Of a stretch of DNA of 64,000 nucleotides, positions 38,720 to 50,370 are shown one piece after another. A program made the position numbers and the translations under genes. Each line of letters starts with the position of its first letter. The stretch's first letter is position 1. Source of the DNA: Felis catus (taxonomy: Eukaryota); NCBI RefSeq assembly GCF_018350175.1, contig NC_058369.1, positions 15,254,001 to 15,318,000 of the forward strand, in the 5' to 3' direction. The notes beneath the pieces are model-generated. The model had not been told where the DNA came from. It saw nothing but the letters and a program-made list of their open reading frames with translations, and searched no databases.

Positions 38720-39081
38720 CTCTCTTAGTCAGTTGGCTGCTTTAACAAAAATCCCATGGTCTGGGTGGCTTATACACAGCAGACGTTTATTTCTTGTAGT
38801 TGTGGAGGCTGGGAAGTCCAAGACCAAGGTGCCCGCAGATTTGGTGTCTGTGAGGACCCCCCTCCTGGTTCATAGATGGCTATCTTCTCTCTGTGTCCCC
38901 ACACGACGGAAGGGGCAAAGAAGCTCTCTGGGGTCTCTTTCGTAAGGCACTGAGCCCACTCAGGGGGGCTCTGCCCACAAGACCCAGTCACCGGCCAAAG
39001 GCCTCATCTCTAAATACCATCACCTTGGAGGTTAGGTTTCAACCTATGAACTTCGGGGGGACACCAACGTTGTCCGTAGCA
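38720..39081. mobile_element. MLT1A-like MaLR solo LTR
   Basis: 'ggaggctgggaagtccaagaccaaggtgcc...aataccatcaccttggaggttaggtttcaacctatgaa'. Confidence 0.8.
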
Positions 39082-39344
39082 AGCACTTTCCTGCAAAATG
39101 TCTAGAACAAAATAAAATAAGCTATTGCTGGCTAAGCAGAGATCACCTAGAGAAAAGAAAGACATATTACCTTATTTCCTATTATATGCAAGTTGATTAG
39201 TTCACTTCTTTCCTTCTATCTGAATTATTGGACAGTTTTTGATTTTAGCTTTTGACTGATAAGCACTAAACCAGGTTTCTTTCGGATTCCCACAATTTGT
39301 ACATTAGGGGGTTTTCTCTTCAGTCGATTTTAAACTAATTTAAA

Positions 39345-39523
39345 GATTTTTTTAAATGTTTATTTACTTGGGGGGGATGCAAGGAGAGAGGGGGACAGAG
39401 GGTCTAAAGCGAGCTCTGTGCTGAGAGCAGAGAGGCCGACGCGGGGCTCGAACTCACAGACCGTGAAATCGTGACCTGAGTCGAAGTCGGATGCTTGACC
39501 GACTGAGCCACCCAGGTGCCCCC
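39345..39523 (-). mobile_element. Can-SINE
   Basis: Body ~115 nt upstream of the fourth coding exon. Confidence 0.88.
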
Positions 39524-39638
39524 TGGAAACCTTTCGAATAACCTAGACTTCTGCTGCTTCCTTTCACATTCCCAAAGTGCAGTTTGTTTGTGGCTTTCCC
39601 CCTTCTGAAAACCTAACCCTCTTCCCTTTGTTTCACAG

Positions 39639-39699
39639 CAATATTAAACACATGAGGAAGCAGCTTGATCGGCTGGGCCTCTGCTTCAGCTGGGATAGG
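39639..39699 (+). CDS. LARS2: LARS2 fourth coding exon
   Basis: (S)[20 protein letters not shown]. Branch point CTAAC at 39613-39617, acceptor tttgtttcacAG, donor AGG|GTAAGT; 61 nt, completes the split Ser codon AG/C. Confidence 0.97.
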
Positions 39700-39735
39700 G
39701 TAAGTCCACCCTTTCTCCTGGAAGTTTTTGTTTTA

Positions 39736-39955
39736 TTTTTATTTTTATTTTTTTTTCAACATTTATTTATTTTTTGGGGACAGAGACAGAGCATGAACGG
39801 GGGAGGGGCAGAGAGAGGGAGACACAGAATCGGAAACAGGCTCCAGGCTCTGAGCCATCAGCCCAGAGCCCGACACGGGGCTCGAACTCACGGACCGCGA
39901 GATGGTGACCTGGCTGAAGTCGGACGCTTAACCGACTGCGCCACCCAGGCGCCCC
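39736..39955 (-). mobile_element. Young SINEC_Fc-like SINE
   Basis: Perfect 16-bp TSD GGAAGTTTTTGTTTTA (39720-39735, 39956-39971). Confidence 0.95.
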
Positions 39956-41427
39956 GGAAGTTTTTGTTTTAACGGAGGTCGTGGTTGCACAGGGGACGAT
40001 GCACACTTACTTCATGTTCCTCCTCTTTGGGTTGGGAGAGGGCAAGGGAGGGAGGGAAGATTAGCACCCCACAAGTAAAAAATGGTAGTCCCAGAGGATA
40101 ATCTGCCTGCAAACAAGTAATTTTCTGTGGGATTAAACTAAGAGAGTTAACTTCTTATTTAAGGCCACAGCCGGCTGGAATTTATGTGTGTCAAAAGCTT
40201 TACTCAAGGATTTCTCCTCTTCTCTGCAATAATTGAAAAAGACTATTGGAATCTATGTAAACATGATGAACTATCAACCCACTCGGGTTTTTTGAGGTGA
40301 TTAGGTGTTAAGTTGATTAACCATTTATTTACCTTTGTTCCAAGTTTGAAATTGAGTCTCATAAGAAGCCATAACAATCTGTCACAAACAGCATTTTGGT
40401 GTAAAATACTTTCAAACTGTATATGAAACCGATGGAGAATTCTAGATGTGGGAGGAGTTCATGAAGACCACCTGGATGTTAGGGACACCAGCTCTTAGTT
40501 AGGAACACCCAGGTCACTGGGAACTGAGGCCTTCAACCCTTTGGCCAAACGCCCACCCCTTAGACACGGATGGTCTGTTAGGTAAGAGAGATTCCTGCCT
40601 GCCCCTTCCAATGTCACCGTCCCTTCACTACGGACCCTTCCAATGTCACCGTCCCTCTTAGCGTCTATTTGCTCCACAAAATGACTGAGGTTTGCATTGC
40701 TGGGCCTGTCAAGTTCAAGTTCACACCCTCCTCTTCATGAGAAGTGCCTGGAACAAACCTGAATGCGATCTTTCCCTTCTCCTTCAACAATTTCTTAAAT
40801 AATTGAGATTCAGTGAGTACAGTGAAAAAAAGCAAAAGTCGAACACATTTGAACCAGTCCTTTTTAAATTTTTTATTTAATTTTTTATTTTTGTTAGCTT
40901 TAGATAAAGTGATGAGCCAAATCAAGTTCTAATGATTCCTGCCCAGAGCTCTCCAGAGATGAGATTCTAGATTCCTTGAGGGCAGAGATGTTAATCCTCT
41001 AGTCCTGTACAGGGACATCAGCCGTAAAGGGTTCAGGATAGTAGTGGATTGTTTTCCTGATTATCGTGGAAGATTAGAAAATACAGAAAAGTAAAAAAAA
41101 GAAAAAAAAGGAAAAAAGAAAATACAGAAAAGTCTAAAGAAGAACATAAGAGTCAGTGCGGCTGATTTAACATCCTGGTATGGTTCCTGCATCTTTTATT
41201 CTAGAATTATAAACATCTATGTCATTTACTTTTGCAAAGTGGAATTCATGATGCATATTTTTATCTTGCCTTTTTTTTTAACCTACTATTCATGAACATC
41301 TTCCCATTTTATGAAATATTCTTCGAAAAAGTGACTTTTTATAAGTGGTATGGTTTCCCGTCTCACAGCTATATAACTTATGCCACCTGTCCCTTATTAT
41401 CATAACATTTAGATAGATTTAAAAAAA

Positions 41428-41641
41428 ATTTTTTTTTTCAACGTTTATTTATTTTTGGGACAGAGAGAGACAGAGCATGAACGGGGGAGGGGCAGAGAGA
41501 GAGGGAGACACAGAGTCGGAAACAGGCTCCAGGCTCCGAGCCATCAGCCCAGAGCCTGACGCGGGGCTCGAACTCACGGGCCGCGAGATCGTGACCTGGC
41601 TGAAGTCGGACGCTTAACCGACTGCGCCACCCAGGCGCCCC
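41428..41641 (-). mobile_element. Young SINEC_Fc-like SINE
   Basis: Near-consensus body. Confidence 0.93.
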
Positions 41642-41669
41642 GAGATTTTAATGTTTTTCTATCAGAAAT

Positions 41670-41934
41670 ATGGGTTCTCAATCCCTTTTGTCACATCTGA
41701 AGTCCAGAAAGCTCTAAAAACTGAAAAATTTTTAACTCATTTGATTGCAAAACGTGACCCGAACTGGTGTTTATCTCACTTAGAATGGATATCCCTATGT
41801 TTTCCTGTAGAAATAGCAATATAGTTGATTACCAGGTATTCTTCTAGACCTTTTTTTTTTTTTGATATCCCAAAAAGCCTTAATTCTGAGACATGTTTGA
41901 CTGTGAGCATTTCAGGTGAGGGATTTTGAACCGA
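41670..41934. mobile_element. MER46C-like Tigger MITE
   Basis: 'caatccctt...aaagctctaaaaactgaaa...aactcatttg...gagggattttgaacc', with degenerate inverted ends. Confidence 0.6.
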
Positions 41935-42447
41935 TCGTTCAGTGTTACAGATAAATACACCCCACCACTACCACTGTCTGATGGGCACCTTCCATGGGCC
42001 AGGCACCCATAATTATCTCTTTGGGTGCCTAAAAAAGCTCTAAAATGCAGATACTTTTATTGACATCATTTTGTTCTGGCCACTCAAGTGGCAGGGCTTG
42101 GCCAGTCCACTGACCCAATTTGACTGTTGTGTTCACCCCCTACTCCTGGGGCAGAAATCTTGGTACACACATTTTCTTATTTCTTTAATGTGAATTCTCA
42201 AAAAAAAAAAAAAAAAAAAAAAAAAAGAAAAGCATGGATAAGTTTTAAGACATATAGGTATTTAAACGGAAGCTTAAAAAGTATAATTTGGCTTGTGGTA
42301 TTTGAAGGTTTGAAGACCATACAAATTTATACTCTCAAGTTACTACATAGATGTTTTCATCTGTATTTCTTTCATTATTAATGATAGGGAGTTATGGTTT
42401 TTTGGGTTTTTTTTTTTTCCATGTGTTTAATGGATGTTTGAATTTGG

Positions 42448-42457
42448 GTGTGTGCGT

Positions 42458-42502
<45 letters not shown>
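42448..42502. repeat. (TG)n microsatellite
   Basis: Directly visible. Confidence 0.95.
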
Positions 42503-42504
<2 letters not shown>

Positions 42505-42845
42505 TGAATGATCTAATCGTGTCTTTTGCCCACACAGGTAAGGAGTGTTTGTTCTTTTCATAATGATTTTTATTTTGTTACAGATATTTTTCCTCATTTG
42601 CCATTTGCCTTGCATTTTGTTTATAGTGAGATCATTATTAGCATACAGATAGGTCCTTGGAAATAACTTCTTTGAGAATTTTCTTCTTAGTCATTTATGG
42701 TTTAAGTTTTACATTGAACTCAACTGTAATTATGTTAGTATAGGATATAAGATAAGGAATGAATATTTTTTTCTAAATAACCAACAATTGCTTCTATTTT
42801 ATTTCTAAACAGTCCTTTTCTCATTAATTTAAAAGGCTACCTTTA

Positions 42846-44908
42846 GGGGCTCCTGGGTGGCTCAGTTGGTGAAGCATCCGACTTCGGCTCAGGTCGGGAT
42901 CTCACAGTTTGTGGCTTTAAGCCCTGTGTCAGGCTCTGTGCTGACAGCTCCGAGGCCAGAGCCTGCTTCAGAGTCTGTGTCTCCCTCTCTCTGCCCCTCC
43001 CCTGCTCATACTCTGTCTCTCTGTCTCTCTCTCAAAAATAAATAAATAAAAAAATTAAAAGACATTAAAAAAAATAAAAAGCTACCTTTAGGGGCACCTG
43101 GGCGACTCAGTAGGTTGTGCCTCCGACTCTTGATTTCAGCTCAGGTCATGATCCCAGGGTTGTGGGATCGAGCCCTGCCTCAGGCTCTGTCCTGAGCTTA
43201 GAGCCTGCTTGAGACTCCCTCTTTCCCTCTCCTCGGCTCGTATTGTCTTTCCCTCTCTCAAACAAAGGCTACCGTTATTATAACTTAGTTCTTTATTTTT
43301 TATTATTTTTTTTAACGTTTATTTCTTTTTGAGGGAAAGAGACAACACGAGCAAGAGAGGGCCAGAGAGAGAGGGAGACAGAATCAAAATCAGAGCCTGA
43401 CGCGGGGCTTGAACTCACGAGTGGTGGGATCATGACCTGAGCTGGAGTCGGATTCCCAACCGACTAAGTCACCCAGAAACCCCTCCTATAACTTAGTTCT
43501 TTTATACTGTCATAATACTTAAGTCTGTTTCTGTTCTTTTGACTCATTTATGATATTTATTACTCAACTGTTTATTTATTTATTTTTAAAAACATTTTTT
43601 TTTTCAACGTTTATTTATTTTTGGGACAGAGAGAGACAGAGCATGAACGGGGGAGGGGCAGAGAGAGAGGGAGACACAGAATCCGAAACAGCCTCCAGGC
43701 TCTGAGCCATCAGCCCAGAGCCTGACGTGGGGCTTGAACTCACGGACCGTGAGATCGTGACCTGGCTGAAGTCGGACGCTTAACCGACTGCGCCACTCAG
43801 GCGCCCCACTCAACTGTTTTTAAGTACAGTTGCTTTATGATTGGTTTTAATACTTGGTGGCAGAGGTTTCCTCTTATTGTCTGATGTAACAGTGCCATCT
43901 ATACTGTCTTGTGTTTGTTTCTTTGATATGTTTTTTTCCTTTAGTATTTTATTTTTTTTACTTTTAGCCCTTATTTGTCGAATTCTTTTGGTACATCCCC
44001 TTGTAGATGCCGTTCAAACATAGTTTTAAGTGTCTTTTTTTTTTTTTTTATGTGTCCTACAGTCTGGATTTTGTTTCCTTTTTTTCCTCTAGAGATTTTT
44101 TAAAAATATGAATTTTTTTTTTTTATTCTGCCAGAAGGTAGCTTTAAGTTTTTATTATTTTATTTTTTAGAGAGAGTGAGCACGTGGGCACACTAGCAGA
44201 GAGGGAGAGGGAGAGAGAATCTTAAGCAGACTCCATGGTCATTGCAGAGCCCAATGTTGGGCTTGATCCTAGGACCCTGGGATCATAGCCTGAGCCCAAA
44301 TCAAGGGTCAGACGCCATTTTTTCTTTTTTTAAGTTTTTAAAGTTTACTTTTGAGAGAGAGTTCGAGCAGGGGAGGGGGCAGAGAGAGAGGGAGACAGAG
44401 GATCTGAAGCTGGCCCTGTGCTGACAGCAGAGAACCCAACCCAGAGCTTGCTGTCACAAACCGTGAGATCGTGACCTGAGCCGAAATCAAGAGTCAGGTG
44501 CTTAACAGACTGAACTAAGAGGCCCCTAAGTTGTTTTTGATTTTGTTTTTTTTATGTTTAGTATCAACATAAAAAATAAAACGCTAAGGAACTTAGCAGG
44601 CAGTGACACTTCCTACTTTCTAAAACCTATTTTTCAGAGGGTTTTTTTTTTTTTGATATGAGATTTTAGGCCTAATTTATTCTTATATATTTTGTGATCA
44701 TATATTATTATTATTATTTTTTTTTAGTTTATTTATTTTGAGAGAGAGAGAGTAGGACAAGGGCAGAGATAGAGGGAGAGAGAGAGAATCCCAAGCAGGC
44801 TCTGCACTGTCAGCACAGAGCCTGATGTGGGGCTCGAACTCACAAACCTCAAGATCGTGACCTGAGCCCAAGTCAGACGCTTCACTGACCGAGCCACCCC
44901 GGCACCCC
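42846..44908. mobile_element. Cluster of seven Can-SINEs (42846+, 43091+, 43292-, 43570-, 44150-, 44320-, 44705-)
   Basis: SINE bodies embedded in T-rich old L1-like sequence. Confidence 0.88.
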
Positions 44909-46457
44909 GATCGTGGATTATTTCTTAAACTTTATGTTTGATATTTGCTTCTAATTTCAAGATCACATTTATAATCATTATTCAAATTGAATTATTCAAA
45001 TTTAACGGGTTTTAGTCCCTATCAGTAGCCCTTTCAGAGCATGTCTGCCCATTTGTAAAATTTGGATTTGGAAATTGTGGAAAATTCTGACTGGTGCTTT
45101 TTCTGACCTCATACATTGTCTTCATAACTTGAGGATGACTTTTCTTTCCTTTCATCTGGGAACAGCAATTTATTGGGGTATGGAATTTTTTTTTCTTTCA
45201 AATTTCTGTAGTAGACCTTGATGCCGGATGTACTGTCTTTTTTTTTTTTTTTTAATGATTATACACTTACAGGAAGTTCCCGTGATAGTACAAAGAGAGC
45301 CTACGTACCGTTCACCCAGCTTCCCCCTGTGATAACATTTGGTAGGACTACGATATAATATTAAAACCAGGGAACTGAAACTGGCATGACACTTGTAACC
45401 AGAGTACGAGTCGTACTCAGATTTCGCCAGGTTTCCTTGCAGTCCCTGGGGTGGGTGCAGTAGGAGCCGTTCTGTGCCGCTTGGTCCCGCGTGGAACTGA
45501 GGTCACCGCGACCACCTGACCCGCCGGCCTTTGGCGGGGAAGCCCGAGACCAGTCCGCACGGTGTGTTGGTACTTGTCGTCATCGTGGTGCCCTCATTTG
45601 ATGCCTGTTGGATTCCTCCCGTCTCCGCCCCTGCTGTTTCCAGTTTCCACCAGAGTGTACCCCAGTTTTAGTCTTTTCACTTGAATTTGGTCCGGTGCTT
45701 AGTGAGCCCTTTCGATCCGCAGCCGGGGGTCTTTCCCAGCGGCGGTCTTGTGGCCTCCGGTTCCCGAGAAGCTCAGCCGTCGCCGAGTGCTCTGCTCACT
45801 GTCCTCTCTCGGTCGCCTCGTTTCCCTCATTTCCTTGGTCTCTTTGTCCTTCTCTGCCTTTTGGAAGAATTCTCGTGTTTGCTTTCCGCATCGCCGATTT
45901 CGGTCTCTATCGAACCGGTGCCGCTTTGTGTGGTTTCTAATGCACATACCGATTTTGCTGTTGTGTTTTCGGATTCAGTCTTATTTTGTCTTATCTCCTT
46001 CCGTTCCCCCATTCCCTTTCTGACGCCTCTTCTTCCTTGATTTATTTTCTTCTTCTTTTGCCATCTTATCTCCACAGACCACGTATGTTCAGAAATTTTG
46101 AGAATATAAGGAAGTGCTCTTAAAAAATTATGATGTGTGCTTCCTGTGCTGAATCTTTTTAACAAGTAGGAATGCTGTGTTTTCCTTGTCTATTTCCGAG
46201 TCTCTTCATAGACACCTCACGGATTTTCTCCTGTATTTCCTGAGTGACCTGGACTGATACATCAAGTGAGGGATCCACCAGCCTGAGGTGAGGGGGAGCG
46301 GAAGCTCTTTCCTAGTCCCTGCATCATCCATTTCTTTCCGGGCCTGGGGAGTCCACCCTTCCTGGTGCGTCTTTGCCTTCGGTCTGATCTTTACCACACT
46401 TGGGAGGAGTAAAACACATCCCAGATACCCCTGACCCTGACTTCTTTAAAAAAAAAA

Positions 46458-47514
46458 ATTTTTTTTTTTTAATGTTTATTTATGTTTGACAGAGAGAGAG
46501 ACACAGAGCATGAGCGGGGGAGGGGCAGAGAGAGAGAGAGGGAGATACAGAATCCAAAGCAGGTTCCAGGCTCCGAGCTGTCAGCACAGAGTCTGACATG
46601 GGGCTCGAACTCACAGATTGCGAGATCATGACCTGAGCTGAAGTCGGATGCTCAACTGACTGAGCCACCCTGGTGCCTGCCCTGACCCTGACTTCTTGAA
46701 GTGCTGCTGAGCCACCACAACCAGAGGGGTCCACTCTGTGGGCTTTCTGCTTGCCCCATGGCCGATTGTCCCCTCAGGACCTTGCCCTTTCTTTTTTCTT
46801 TTTTTTAAAAATTTTTAAATGTTTATTTATTTATTTTTTGAGGGAGAGAGAGACAGAGTGCGAGCAGGGGAGGGGCCGAGAGAGAGGGAGACACAGAATC
46901 CGAAACAGGCTCAAGGCTCCGAGCTGTCAGCACAGGACATGACGCGGGGCTCGAACTCACAAACGGTGAGATCACGACCAGAGCCCAAGTCGGATGCTTA
47001 ACCGACTGAGCCACCCAGGCGCCCCAGGACCTTGCCCTTTCAAGTAAGACGTGGCAGAGCCCTGCTTCTCAAGAACCCGGTCGGTTCTGAAGGATGGAGG
47101 GCGCTTGAAGGATGGAGGGTTTGGCTTCTGGTGCCTTTCTTCAGTTTGGTTCCTTCTGCCAAAAGTCCTTAACATTTTTGGCACAAGTCCGTGGCACCTT
47201 CTGTTGTCTCCAGTACTGATGCAGTCATCTTGTCCCCCATCTTTATATTCTGTTGGCCATTTTAATGGGAGTAATGGAAACACATTTAGATGCCTGTGTT
47301 CTTGATGCCCTCTTGCCCAGAAGCCCACCAGTGCTTTTTTTTTTTTTTTAAGTGTATTTATTTATTTAGAGAGAGAGAGCACGAGAGAGCACACGAGCAG
47401 GGGAGGGGCAGAGAGAGAGGGAGACAGACACTCCCGGGGCTTGATCTCAGGAACCCCGACTTGAGCCCAACTCAAGAGTTGGATGCTTAACCGACTGAGC
47501 CACCCAGGCGGCCC
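46458..47514 (-). mobile_element. Three Can-SINEs (46458, 46795, 47335)
   Basis: TSDs ccctgaccctgacttctt and aggaccttgccctttc. Confidence 0.9.
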
Positions 47515-48729
47515 CACTGGTTTTTGATTAAATGTTACAATCTGTTTGGTTATATGGAGCAAAGTCAGGAAGGAGAGGAAGCGTGTATTTAATTGACTAG
47601 GCAAACCCGTGCCCTTTACGAGTAACATTCCCAAAGTCTCATAAAAACTGGATAATTCAGCAGATTACCAGGACGTTTAACGGGACAAGTAAACAGGATA
47701 TTTTAAAGATGAGATTGCTGGGAAATGTCACCTTCCACCGCCAGGTGGAGAAAGCCAACTTGAACTAGGGGCATGGTCTCCCTGGTGAGATGTCCTGGAG
47801 GAATGATCCTGAGCTGCATCCTCAGAATTCTTACATAAGACGCTTAATTCTCAGGATTAAAAAAACAAAACAAAACATACATTTCTGGAATCAAGGCATG
47901 TCTGGTGAGCCAGAATGAGAATCAGGCTTTGCTGTTAACGTAGCACTGGGTTTCGCTTTTTCAGACGTTATTCCCGAAACAGCTTGGATCATCTTGAGAA
48001 AAAGGAAACTAAGAAACCGAAAGCCGAATTTGAATGGCTGAACAGCTACTTAGGGGAAGACTAGAGAGGAAATAAATTCCAAACTGTGCAAAGGAAGGCA
48101 GGGATGTGCTTCTTTGTGGGGCGTGCTTTGTGGCCTGACTGGCAGCCATCTTGTGGAGAAGGTGTGGGCTGCATTCTCCTCTCGGGGGTTCAGGGGATGG
48201 CCTCGGTGGTCATGAACTGGTCCTAGGGGACGGCCCCGTGAGTTCCTTGTGACAGATAACCCAGTTAGAGGCGAGTGTGTCTCTGACTTCTGTGCCCTCC
48301 CTTCTCATGAGTGCCCTGAGGCCCCAGCTGGTTCTAGAGCAGTCCTTGGCCATACATCTTGATCGCAGTAGACTCTGGGGCCCGAGTTTGATCTGGAATC
48401 ACCTGGATAATTGTTTTAGGGGCAGTCCCTAGGATTTGCTTTCAAACTCAAGACGAGTATAAGAAGGAAAAAGTTCAAGCCAGATGGGAATCAAAGTAAT
48501 TCCAAAGTCAGGAATCTGCCAGAGGAGGGCTTTATTATTTGACTGTGGTGCTTGCTGAGCAATCCCCAAACACACTCCAACGTGAAATCAAAGCCAAACA
48601 AGACAAAACGGAAACGTATTCTAGGACTTGGCATAAATGGTGTTTGGATTAACTTTTCTTATTCTCCTTTACTGGAGTAATCAAGAGTTGATTCTTGCTG
48701 AGTTTCTTTACTGTGGAGATCTAGGAATT

Positions 48730-50035
48730 GTTGTTTTTGTTTTTAAATGTTTTATTAATTTTTGAGAGAGAGACACAGAGACAGCGCACAAACGGGAGTG
48801 AGAGAGAGGGAGACAGAATCTGAAGCAGGCTCCAGGCTGTCAGCACAGAGCCCGACCCAGGCTCAAACCCACAAACCGTGAGATCATGACCTGAGCTGAA
48901 GTCGGTCGCTTAACCAACTGAGCCACCGAGGCGCCCCTAGGAGGTTTTATTTACATTCATCTTCATTGGATTTTAAATTCCTTTGTCTGATTTCCTTCTT
49001 GTATTTCTGGGTTCAGTCTTCTGTAAATGTTTGTGCCCAGTAATAAGACTGACAGCTGTGGCCATCAGTCCCAGCCAGGCCAGGCCAACTCGGGAATTAC
49101 TGACCCCTAAGAAAGCCCTCCATTGAGGGACACCTGGGTGGCTCAGTTGGTTAAGTGTCCTACACACGGTTTCAGCTCAGGTCATGATCTCACAGTTCGT
49201 GGGTTCGAGCCCACATCGGGCTCTCTAGCTGGCGGCAGGGAGCCTGCTTGGGATTCTCTCTCTCTCCCTCTCTCTGCCCCTCCCCCACTCACACTGTCTC
49301 TGTCTCTCTCAAAAATAAATAAACTTAAAAAAACAAAAAAGTCATCCATTGAAACAAATGTAAATGTGCTTCCCCAGCTTCCGGAAGGCAGGCTGAGTCT
49401 CCCGGCTGGTACAGGAGGCGCCAACAAATTGCCCTCTATCAGAATTTTTACCAGGACAGGCTTTTGGTGCCTTCAAGCTTTTGCATGTTTTATCTGTCAG
49501 CGCTGCACAGCCTCCATAAAGTAGGGGGGCTGCTGGGGTTTCCATGGCATTTCCACCCCGCGCACTGGTCTCTCCATCTTTCTCCACTTTCACTGTCCTT
49601 TTTCCACTCCCTTGTTGGCTCTCACCTCTTTCTTTGACTTCCCTGCTTTCCTTTCCAATGCTGTCCTCCTCTCTTCTCTCTCTCCTCTTTCTCTCTCTCT
49701 CTCTTTTTTTAATATATTTTTTATTATGGAAAAATTCCAGCTTGCGCTCAGAGTGTCATAGAGAACCCCGAGGCGGTCATCACTCAGCCTCAACAGTAGC
49801 TGTTTTGTGACCAGTCTTATTTCATCCTTACCCTCCGCTCTGAATTACTTTGCAGCCAGCAAGAGGTCAGATAACTTTGTCTGTAAAGAATTCAGTATCT
49901 AGGGGCGCTTGGGCGGCTCAGTCAGTTGAGTGTCTGACTTCCACTGAGGTCATGATCTCACAGTTCATGAGTTCGAGCCCCGCGTCGGGCTCTGCGCTGA
50001 CAGCTCAGAGCCTGGAGCCCGCTTCGGATTCTGTG

Positions 50036-50077
<42 letters not shown>

Positions 50078-50370
50078 CCTCCCCCGCTCATGCTCTGTCT
50101 CTCAAAAATGAATAAACATTAGGGGCGCCTGGGTGGCACAGTCGGTTAAGCGTCCGACTTCAGCCAGGTCACGATCTCGCGGTCCGTGAGTTCGAGCCCC
50201 GCGTCAGGCTCTGGGCTGATGGCTCAGAGCCTGGAGCCTGTTTCCGATTCTGTGTCTCCCTCTCTCTCTGCCCCTCCCCCTTTCATGCTCTGTCTCTCTC
50301 TGTCCCAAAAATAAATAAACGTTGAAAAAAAAAATTAAAAAAAAAAAATGAATAAACATTAAAAAAAAAA
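48730..50370. mobile_element. Can-SINEs at 48730-, 49127+, 49902+ and a young copy 50122+ nested in the tail of the last
   Basis: Inner TSD aaaaatgaataaacatt; outer TSD agaattcagtatct. Confidence 0.9.
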
